Shown here in pieces: positions 1 to 12,000 of a stretch of DNA of 64,000 nucleotides (its first letter is position 1; each line of letters starts with the position of its first letter). The position numbers and the translations under genes are program-made. A model generated the notes under the pieces. The model did not search any database. It saw only the letters and a list, made by a program, of their open reading frames with translations, and was not told the origin of the DNA. The stretch is from the human T2T-CHM13v2.0 reference genome, Homo sapiens: NCBI RefSeq assembly GCF_009914755.1, contig NC_060929.1, one strand, 5' to 3'.

Positions 1-3000
1 AAGCATTTTCCCAGAAAGGTTCTTTCTAGTTTTTATTTGAAGGTATATCCTTTTTCAATACAGGCCTCAAAGTGCTCCCAAATATCTCTTCTCAGATACC
101 AAAAAAACAGCATTGTCAAACTACTCAATTAAAAGAAAAGTTTAGCTCTGTGAGTTGAATGAACTCATCACAAAGCAGTTTCTCAGAATGTTTCTTTCAA
201 GTTTTTAATCTGAAGATATTTATTTCCTTTTTCAACATAGGCCTCAATGTGCTCCCAAATATCCCTTCGCAGATTCTACCAAAACAGTATTTCTAAACTG
301 CTAAATCAAAAGAAGGGTTTTACTGTGTGAGATGAATGCAAAATTCACAAACCTGTTTCTGAGAAAGCTTCTTTCTAGTTTTTGTCTGAAATTATTTCCT
401 TTTTCACCATAGTCCTCAATGTACTCCTAAATATCCCTTGGCAGAGTCAACAAAAACTGTGTTTCCAAACTGCTCAATCAAAATAAAAGTTTAACTCTGT
501 GAGATGAAAGCACACATCACAAAAAAGCTTCTCAGAAAGCTTCTTTCTAGTTTACATCTGAGGATGTTTCCTTTTTCACCATAGACCCCAATGCTCCCCC
601 AAATATCCCTTTGCAGATTCTACAAAAACAGTTTTTCCAAACTGCTCTATCAAAAGAAAGGTTTTACTCTGTGAGATGAATGCACACATCGAAAAGCAGT
701 TTCTTGGAAAGCTTCTTTCTAGCTTTTATTTGAAGATATTTCCTTTTTCACCAAAGGTCTCAATGGGCTCCGAAATATCCCTTCACAGATTCTACAAAAA
801 CAGTGTTTCCAAACTGTTCAATTAAAGAATGATTTAACTCTGTTGAATGAATGCACACATCACAATGCTATTTCTAAGAAATCTTTCTCATTTTTTTCTG
901 AAGATATTTCCTTTTTCACCATAGCCCTCAATGTGTTCCTAAATATATCTTCACAGATTCTGCAAAAACAGTGTTGCCAAACTGCTCATTCAATACAAAG
1001 GTTTAATTCTCTTAGAAGAATGCACACATCAAAAAGCAGTTTCTCAGAAAGTTTCTTTCTAGTTTTCATCTGAAGATATCTGCTTTCCCAACTTAGGCCT
1101 CAAAAAGCTCATAAATATCCCTTTGCAGATTCTAGAAGAACAGAGTTTCCAAACTGCTCAATGAAAAGAAACGTTTACCTCTGTGAGATGAATGCACACA
1201 TCACAAAGCAGTTTCTCAGAAAGCTTCTCTCTAGTTTATATGTGAAGGTATTTCCTTTTTCACCATAGGCCTCAATTCATTCCCAAATATCCCTCCATAG
1301 ATTCTACAAAAACTCCGTTTCCAAACTCCTCAATCAAAAAAAGGTTTAAGTCTGTGAGATGAATGCACTCTTCACAAAGCAGTTTCTCATAAATCTTCTT
1401 TCTAGTTTTCATCTGAAGCTATTTCCTTTCTCACCACAGGCCTCAATGCATTCCCAAATATCCCTTTGCAGATTCTATAAAAACAGTGTTTCCAAACTGC
1501 TTGATCAAAAGAAAGGTTTAACTCTGTGAGATGAATGCACTCATCCCAAAGCTGTTTCTCAGAAAGTTTCTTTCTAGCTTTTATCTGAAGATATTCCTTT
1601 TTCACCATACCCCTAAAAGCACTCCAAAATATTGCATTGCAGATTCTACAAAAACAGTGTTTCCAAACTGCCCAATCAAAAAAAAAAGTTTAACTCTGTG
1701 AGATGAATGCACACACCACAAAGCAGTTTCTCAGAATGCTTCTTTCTAGATTTTATCTGAAGATATTTCCTTTCTCAACATATGCCTCAATATGCTCCCA
1801 AATATCCCTTCTCAGATTCCACCGAAACATTATTTCCAAACTGCTCAATCAAAACAAAGTTTTAACTCTGTGACATGGATGCACACATCACAAACCAGTT
1901 TCTAATAAAGCTTCTTTCTAGTTTTCATCTGAAGTTATTTCCTTTTTCACCATAGGCCTCAATGTGCTCCTAAATATCCCTTTACAGATTCTGCAAAAAC
2001 TTTGTTTCCAAACTGCTCGATCAAAAGAAAGGTTTAACCTTGTGAGATGAATGCAGTCATCACAAAGCAGTTTCTCAGAAAGCTTCTTTCTAGTTTATAT
2101 CTGAAGATGTTTCGTTTTTCACCATAGGCCTCAATGTGCTACCAAATATCCCTTCTCAGTTTCTACAAAAATACTGTTGCCAAACTTCAATCAAAAGAAA
2201 GGTGTACTTCTGTGAGATGAATGCACTCATCAAAAGCAGTTTCTCAGAAAGCTTCTTTCTAGTTTTGATCTGAAGATATTTCCTTTTTCACGATAGGCCT
2301 CAATGTATTCCCAAATATCCCTTCACATGTTCTACAAAAACAGTGTTACCAGAGTGCTCAATCAAAAAAAAAGCTTTCACTCTGTAAGAAGAATTCTCAC
2401 ATTGCAAGGTGGTTTCTGAGAAAGTTTCTTTCTAGTATTTATCTGAAGATATTTCCTTTTTCACCATAGGCCTCAATGCACTCCCAAATATCCCTTCATT
2501 GATTGCACGCAAACAGTGTTTCCAGACTGCTCAATCAAAATAAACGTTTAAATCTGTGAGAAGAATGCACAAATCACAAGGCAGTTTCTGAGAAGGCTTC
2601 TTCCTAGTATTTATCTCAAGATATTTCCTTTTTCACCAAATGCCTCAATGGGTTCCCAAAGATCCAATTGCAGATTCTACACATAAAGTGTTTCCAAACT
2701 GCTGAATCAAAAGAAAGGTTTAACTCTGTGGGATGAATGCACACATCACAATGCTATTTCTCATAAATCTTTCTCATTTTTTTCTGAGGATATTTCCTTT
2801 ACTACCCTAGGCCTCAATGCGTTCCTAAACATACCTCCACAGATTCTGAAAAAACAGTGTTACCAAACTGCTCATTCAATAGAAAGATGTACTTCTGTTA
2901 GAAGAATGTACACATCAAAAAGAAGTTTCTCAGAAAGCTTCTTTCTAGTTTTCATCTGAAGATATCTCCTTTTCCAACTTAGGCCTCAACACGTTCCAAC

Positions 3001-6000
3001 TATTCCTTTGCAGACTCTAGAAAAACCACGTTTCCAAATTGCTCAATCAAAAGTAAGGTTTAGTTCTGTGAGATGAATGCACTCATCACAAAGTTGTTTC
3101 TCAGAAAGCTTCTTTCAAGTTTTCATCTGAAGATATTTCCTTTCTCACCGTAGGCCTCAATGTGCTCCCAAATATCCCTTCACAGATTCTATAAAAACAG
3201 TGTTTCCAAACTGTTCAAATGAAAGAAAGGTTTAATCCTGTGAGATGAATGCAATCATCACAAAGCTGTTTCTCAGAAAGCTTCTTTCAAGTTTTTATCT
3301 GAAGATATTTCCTTTTTCACCATAGGCCTAAAAGCGCTCCAAAATATCGCTTTCCAGATTCTACAAAAACAGTGTTTCCAAACTGCTCAATCAAAATAAA
3401 AGTTTACCTCTGTGAGATGAATGCATACATCACAAAGCTGTTTCCCGGAAAGCTTCCTTCTAGTTTTTACCTGAACATATTTCGTTTTTCACCATAGGCC
3501 TAAAAGCACTCCCAAATATCTCTTCTCAGATTCTACAAAAACACTGTTCCCAAACTGCTCAATAAAATGAAGAGTTTAACTCTGTAAGATGAATGCACAC
3601 ATCACAAAGCAGTTTCTCAGGAAGATTTTTTCTAGTTCTTCTCTGAAGCTATTTCCTTTTTCACCAGAGACATCAATGTGCTCCCAAATATCTCCCCGCA
3701 GATTCTAACAAAAGAGTGTTTCCAAACTGCTCAATCAAAAGAAAGGTTTAACTCTGTGAGATTAATGCACACATCACAAGGCAGTTACCCAGAAAGCTTC
3801 TTTCTAGTTTTTATCTGAAGATATTCCGTTTTTCACCATAGACTTCAAATCGCTCCCAAATATCCCTTCTCAGATTGTACAACTGTGTTTCCAAACTGCT
3901 CAATGAAAAGAAAGGTTTAAAACTGTGAGACGAATGAACTCATTCCAAAGCAGTTTCTCAGAAAGCTTCTTTCTACTTTTTATCTGCAGATATTTCCTTT
4001 TTCAACATAGGCTTCAAAGAGCTCCCAAATGTCCCTTTGCAGATGCTACCAAAACAGCATTTCAAAAGTGCTTAATCCAAAGAATGATTTAACTCTGTGA
4101 GAAGAACGCACACATCACAAAGTGGTTCTGAGAAAGCTTCTTTTTAATTTTGATCTGAAGATGTTTCCTTTTTCACCATTGCCTTCAATGCGCTCCCAAA
4201 TATCCCTTCGCAGATACTTCCAAAACAGTGTTTCCAAACTGCGAAATCAAAGGAAAGGTTTATCCTTTTGAGATGAATGCAACCATCACAAAGCGGTTTC
4301 TGAGAAAGCTTCTTTCTAGTTTTTATCTGAAGTTATTGCCTTTTTGGTCATAGCCCTGAAAGTGCTCCCAATTATCCCTTTGCAGATTCTTCCAGAACAG
4401 ATTTTCCAAACCGTTCAAACTAAAGAAAGGTTCAACTCTGTGAGATGATTGCACACATCACATAGCAGTTTCTCAGAAAGCTTCTTTCTAGCTTCTATCT
4501 GAAAATATTTCCTTTTTCACCTTAGGCCTCAAAGTGCTCCTAAATATACCTTCACGGATTCTACAAAGACAGTTTTTCCAAAGGACACAGTCAAAATAAA
4601 GTTTAACTCTGTGTGATGAATGCACACATCAAAGTAATTTCCCAGAAAGCTTGTTAGTAAATTTTCTCTGAAAATATTTCCTTTTTCACCGTAGCCGACA
4701 ATGCGCTCCCATATATCCCTTCATAGATTCTACAAAAAAAGTGTTTCCAGACTGCTCATCAGAAGAAAGATTTTACTCTGTGAGAAGAATGAGAAAAACC
4801 AAAATGGTTTCTGAGAAAGCTTCTTTGTTGTTATTGTCTGAAGAAATTTCCTTTTTCATCATAGGCCTCAAAATGCTCCCAAATATCTCTTCTCAGGTTT
4901 GAAAAAAACACTGTTCCCAAATGACTCAGTGAAAAGAAAAGTTTAACTCTGTGCAATAAATACACACATCAGCAAGTGGTTTCTCAGAAAGCTTCTTTCT
5001 AGTTTTTCTATGAAGATGTTTCATTTTTCACCAAAGAATGTGCTCCCAAATATCCCTTTGCAGATTCTACCACAACAGTGCTTCCAAACTGCACAATCAA
5101 AAGGAAGGTTTAACTCTGTGAGATGAATGCACACATCACAAAGCAGTTTCCCAGAAAGCATCTTTCCAGTTTTTATCTGAAGATATTTCCTTTTTCACCC
5201 TAGGCCTTAAAGCACTACAAAATATATCCTCTCAGATTCCAAAAAAACAATGTTGCCAAACTGCTCAATGAAATGAAAGGTTTAACTCTGTGAGATGAAT
5301 GCACTCATCATGAAGCAGTTTGTCAGAAAGCTTCTTTCTAGTTTTTACCTGATGATATTTCCTTTCTCTGCATAGGCCTCAAAGAGCTCCCAAATATCCC
5401 TTCTCAGATGCCACCAAAACAGTGTTTCCAAACTGCACAATCAAAGGAAAGGTTTAACTCTGTGAGATGAATGCAACCATCACAAAGCAGTTTCTGAGAA
5501 AGCTTCTTTATAGTTTTTAAATGAAGTTATTGCCTTTTTCACCATAGTCTTCAAAGTGCTCCCAAATATTCCTTTGCAGATTCTACCAAAACAGTTTTTC
5601 CAAACTGCTCAATCAAAAGGAAGGTTTAAATCTGTGAGATGATTACTCTTCACAAAGTGGTTTCTGAGAAAGCTTCTGTCTAGTACTGATCTGAAGATAA
5701 TTCTTTTTTCACCATTGGCCTCCATATGCTCCCAAATATCCCTTCACAGATACTTCCAAAACAGTGTTTCAAAGCTGTGCAATCAAAGGAAATGTTTAAC
5801 TCTGTGAGATTAATGCAACCATCAAAAAGCAGTTTCTGAGAAAGCTTCTTTCTACTTTTTTTCTGAAGATATTTCCTTGTTCAGCACATGCCACTCTGTG
5901 TTCCCATATATCCCCTTGTAGATTCTACAAAAACAGTTTTTCCAGACTGCTCAATCTAAAGAAATTTTTAACTCTGTGAGAAGAACGCACGCATCACAAA

Positions 6001-9000
6001 GCAGTATCTCAGAAACCATCCTTCTAGTATTTATCTGAATATATTTCTTTTTTCACCATAGGCCTCACTCCACTCCCAAATATCCCTTGGCAGATTCTAC
6101 AGAAACATTGTTTCCAAATTTCTGAGTGAAAAGAAATGTTTACCTCTGTGAGACGAATGCCCTCATCACAAAGCAGTTTCTCAGAAAGCTTCTTTCTAGT
6201 TTTTCTCTGAAGATATTTTCTTATTCACCATAGGCCTCAATGTGCTCCTATATATCACTTCATAGATTCTATTAAACAGTGTTTCCAGACTGCTCACTCA
6301 AAAGGAAGGTTTAACTCTGTTAGAGGAATCAGCACATCAGAAAGCAGTTTCTGAGGAAGCTTCTTTGTAGTTTTTATCTGAAGATATTTCCTTTTTCACC
6401 ACAGGCCTCAATGCACTCCCAAATATCCTTTCGCAGTTTCTACCAAAACAGGGTTTCCAAACTGCTCAATTAAAAGAAAGATTTAACTCTGTGAGTTGAG
6501 TGCACACATGACAAAGCTGTTTCTCAGAAAGCTTCTCTATAGTTTTTCTCTGAAGGTATTCCCTTTTTCACCATAGGCCTCAATGCACACCCATATATCC
6601 TTTCACATATTCTACAAAAACAGTGTTTCCAGACTGCTCAATCTAAAGAAAGTTTAACTCTATGAGAAGAATGCACAGATCACAGAGCAGTTTCTCAGAA
6701 ACCATCTTTCTAGTTTTTATCTGAAGATATTTCCCTTGTCACCATAGGCTTCAATGCTCTCCCAAATATCTCTTGGCATATTCTACAAAAACTCTGTTTC
6801 CAAACTGCTCAATAAAAAGGAAGGTTTAACTCTGTGAGAGGAATGCAAAACGTCACTAACCGGTTTCTGAGAGGGCTACTTTCTATTTTTATCTGAGGCT
6901 ATTTCCTTTGTCAGCATAGGCCTCAATGCGATCCTAAATATCCCTTCACAGATTCTACAAAAACAGTGTTTCCAGACTGCTCAAAAAAAGAAAGGTTTAT
7001 CTCTTTGAGAAGAATGTACATATCACAAAGCAGTTTTTCAGAATAATTCTGCCTAATTTTTCTCTGAATATATTCCTTTTTTCACCCTAAGCCTCAATGT
7101 GCTCCCATATATCATTTCATAGATTCTTTAAAAACAGTGTTTCCAGACTGCTCAATCCAAAGAAAGGTTTAACTCTGTGAGAAGAATGAACACATCACAA
7201 AGAAGTTTCTCAGAATGCTTCTGTCTACTTTTTATGTGAAGATATTTGCTTTTCCACCATAGGCTGCAAAGCGCTCCAAATATCCACTTGCAGATTCTAC
7301 AAAAAGAGTGTTTCAAAACTGCTCAATCAAAAGAAAGTTTCAACTCTGTCAGATGAATGCACACATCACAAAATTGTTTCCCAAAATGCTCCTTTCTAGT
7401 TTTTATCTGAAGATGTTTCCTTTTACACAATAAGCCTCAATGCAGCCTCATATAGCCCTTTGTAGATTTTACAAAAACAGGGTCTCCAAACTGCTCAGTC
7501 AAAAGAAAGGTAAAAATCTGTGAGATGAATACACTCATCACACAGCAGCTTCTCAGAAATCTTCTTTTTAGTTTTTATCTGAAGATATTTCCTTTTTCAC
7601 CTTAGTCCTCAATAGACTGCCAAATATCCCTTCGCAGATTCTACAAAAAAAGTGTTTCCAAACTGCTCAATCAAAAGAAAGGTTTAATGTTCTGATAAGA
7701 ATGCACACTTTGCCATGCAGCTTCTGAGAACACTTCTTTCTAGTATTTATCTGAAGATATTTCCTTTTCCGAAATAAGCCTCAATGCTCTCCCAAATTTC
7801 CGTTTGCAGATTTCACATAAACAGTGTTTCAAAACGGCTCAATCAAAATAAAGGTATAACTCTGAGAAGAATGCACACATCACAAAGTGGTTTCTGAGAA
7901 AGCTTCTTTCTAGTGTTTATCTGAAGGTATTTCCTTTTTCAAAATAAGCCTCAATGCACTCCCAAATTTCCCTTTGCAGATTTCACATAAACAGTGTTAC
8001 AAAACTGCTCAAGCAAAAGGAAGTTTTAACCCTGTGAGAAGAATGCACACATCACAAAGCAATTTCCCAGAAAGCTTCTTTCTAGTTTTTATCTGCAGAT
8101 ATTTCATTTTTCACCACAGGTCTCTCAAAGTGATCCCATACATCCCTTCACAGATTCTACAAAAACACCATTGCCAAGCTGATCAATCAAAAGCAAGGTT
8201 TAACCCTGTGAGATTAATGCAGTCACCACAAAGCAGTTTCTCAGAAACCTTCTTTTTTGTTTCTGAGAAACTCCCAAAGATCCCTTCGTAGATTCTACCA
8301 AAACAGTGTCTCCAAACTTTTCAATCAAAAGAAAGGTTTAATTTTGAGAGATGAATGCATACATCACAAACAGTTGTTCAGAAAGCTTCTTCCTAGTTTT
8401 CCTTGAAGATATTTCCGTTTTCACAATAGACCTCAATGCACTCCCATATGTATCCCTTCACAGATTCTACAAAAACAGTGTTTCCAAACTGTTCAATCGT
8501 AAGAAAGCTTTAACTCTGTTAGAAGAATGCACACAACACAAAGCGGTTTCTGAGAAAGCTTCTTTTTAGTTTTTTTCTGCAGATATTTCCTTTTCCACCA
8601 TAGGCCTCAAAGCATTTCTAAATAACCCTTCTGAGATTCTGCAAAAACAGTGTTTGCAAACAGCTCAATAATAAGAAGGGTGTAACTCTGTGAGAAGAAT
8701 GAAAACATCTCAAAGCTGTTTCTGAGAATGCTTCTTCCTGGTTTTTGTCTGAAGATATTTTCTTTTACACCATAGGCCTAAATGCACTCCCAAATATCCC
8801 TTTGCAGATTCTACCAAAGCAGTGTTTCCAAACTCCTCAATCAAAAGAAAGGTTTAACTCTATTGGATGAATGCACTTTTCATGAAGCAGTTTCCCAGAA
8901 GGTTTCTTTCTAGATTTTATCTGAAGATATTTCATTTTTCACCATAGGCCTCAAAGCACTCGCAAATATCCCTTTCCAGATACTACAAAAATACGGTACC

Positions 9001-12000
9001 CAAACTGCTCAGTGAAAAGAAAGGTTTAACTCTGTGAGATGAATGCACCCATCATAAAGCAATTTCCTAGAAGGTTTCTTTCTACTTTTTATCTGAAGAT
9101 ATTTCCTTTTTCACGATAGGCCACAATGTACTTCAAAGTGTCCCTTCACAGATTCTATCAAAACAATGTTTCCAAACTGCTCAATAAAAGCAAGTTTTAA
9201 CACTGTGAGGAGAATGCACACATCACAAAGTAGTTTCTGAGAAAACTTCTTTCAATGTTTTTTCTGAAGGTGTTTCCTTTTTCATCTTAGGCCAGAATGT
9301 GCTCCCAAATATCCCTTTGCATATTTTAGAAAAACAGTGTTTCCATACTGCTCAATCAAAAGGAAAGTTTAGCTCTGTGAAAAGAGTGCACACATCACAA
9401 AACGGTTTATGAGAAAGCTTCTTTCTAGTGTTTATCTGATGATATTTCATTTTTCACCATAGGCCTCCATGCACTGCCAAGTATCCCTTCACAGTTTCTA
9501 CAAAAATAGTGTTTCCAAACTGCTCAATCAAAAGAAAGGTTTAGCTCTGTGACATGAATATACTCATAAAAAAGTGGTTTCTCAGAAAGTTTCTTTCTAG
9601 TTTTTTCTGAAGATATTTCCTTTTTCACCATTCTCCTCTAAGTACTCCCATATATCTCTTTGTGGTTTCTACAAAAACAGTGTTTCCAGACTGCTCTGTC
9701 AAAAGAAAGGTTTAATTCTGTGACATGAATGCACCCATCACAAAACAGTTTCTCGATAAGCTTCTTTCTACTTTTTATCTGTAGATATTTCCTTTTTCAC
9801 TGTAGGCCTTATAGCATTCCAAAATATCCCTTCACATATTCTACAAGAACAGTGTTTCCAAACTGCTCAATCAAAAGAAAGGTTCAACTCTGTGTGATGA
9901 ATGCACACATCAGAAAGCACTTTACAGAAAGCTTCTTCCAGTTTTCATCTGAAGATATTTCCTTTTTCACCATAGATCTCACTGTGCTCCCATATATTCC
10001 TTTGTAGATTCTACCAAAATAGTTTTTCTAAACTGTTCAATCAAAAGAAATGTTTAACTCTATGTGATGACTGCACACATCACAGTTTCCCAGAAAGCTT
10101 CTTTCTAGTTTTTCTCTGAGGATATTTCCTTTTTCACCATAGGCCTCAAAGCGATCCCAAATATCCCTTCACAGATTCTACCAAAACAGTGTTTCCAGAC
10201 TGTTAAATCAAAAGAAAGGTTTAACTCTGTCAGAAGAATGCAAACATCACAAAGAAGTTTCTGAGAAAGCTTCTTTCCAGTTTTTATCTGAAGATATTTC
10301 CTTTTTCACCATAGGCCTAAATGCGCTCTCGTATATTCCTTCAAAGATTCTACAAAAAGAGTGTTTCCAGGCTGCTCAATCAGAAGAAAGTCTAAATTCT
10401 GTGAGAAGAAAGCATGCACCACAAAGCAGTTTCTCAGAAAGTTTCTTTGTAGTTTTGCTCTGAAGATATTTCCTTTTTCACCATAGGCCTCAATGCACTC
10501 CCATACATCCCGCAACAGATTCTACAAAAACAGTGTTTCCAAATTGCTAAATCAAAAGAAATATTTAACTCTGTGGGAAGAATGCACATATCACAAAACA
10601 ACTTCTGAGAAAGCTTCTTTCTAGTATTTATCTGAAGATATTTCCTCTTTCACCAAAGGCCTAAATGTGCTCCCAAATGTCCCTTTGCAGATTCTGCAAA
10701 AACAACGTTCCCAAACTGCTCAATGAAAAGAAAGTTTGAACTCTTTGAGATGAATGCACTTATCACAAAACAGTTTGTAAAAGAGCTTCTTTCTACTTTT
10801 TCTGAAGATATTTCCTTTTTCACCATAGGTCTCAAAGCACTCCCAAATATCCTTTCTCAGATTCTATAAAACCAGTGCTGCCAAGCTGTTCAATCAAAAG
10901 AAGGGTTTAACTCTGTGAGATGAATGCACTCTTTCCAAGCAGTTTCTCAGAAAGTTTCTTTCTCATTTTCATCTGAAGTTATTTCCTTTTTCACCATTGG
11001 CCTCAAAGCACTCCGAAATATCCCTTCTCATATTCTACAAAAACACTGTTGTCAAACTGTTAAATCAAAAGAAAGGTTTAACTCTTTGAGATGAATGCAC
11101 ACATCACGAATCAGTTTCCCAGAAAGCTTCTTTCTAGTTTTTCTCTGAAGATATTTGCTTTTTCACCATAAGCCTCAATGCACTCCCATATATCCCTTAG
11201 TAGATTCTACAAAAAAACAGGGTTTTCAGGCTGCTCAATCACAACAAAGGTTTAACTCAGTGAAAAGAATGCACACTTTCTAAAACAGTTTCTGAGAAAA
11301 CCTCTTTCTAGTTCTTATCTGAAGATATTTCATTTTCTCATAGGCCTCAATGCACTCCAAAATATCCCTTCACAGATTCTAACAATACAATGTTTCCAAA
11401 CTGCTCAATCAAAAGAAAAGTTTAACTCTGTGAGATTAATGCACACATCACAAAGCAGTTTCCCAGAAAGCTTCTTTCTTGATTTTATCTGAAGATATTT
11501 CATTTTCCACATAGGCCTCAAAGTGCTCCCAAATTTCCCTTCTCAGGTTCTACAAAAACACTGTTCCCAAACTGCTCAATGAAAAGAAAGGTTTAACTCT
11601 GTGAGATAATTGCACTCATCACAAAGTAGTTTCCCAGAAAGCTTCTTTCTTATTTTCATCTGAGGATATTTCCTTTTTTCACCATAGGCCAAAATGCACT
11701 TCCAAATATCCCTTCACAGACTCTACAAAAACAGTGTTTCCAAACTGCTCAATGAAAAGAAAAGTTTAACTCTGTGAGATAAACGCACACATCACAAAGC
11801 AGTTTACCATAAAGCTTCTTTCTACTTTTTATCTGATGATATTTCCTTTTTCAACATAGGCCTCAAGGTGATCTCAAATATCCCTTCTCAGATTCTACAA
11901 AAACACTTTTGCCAAACCACTCAAAGAAAAGAAAGGTTTCACTCTGTGAGATGATTGCACTTATAGCAAAACAGATTCTCAGAAAGCTTATTTCTAGTTT

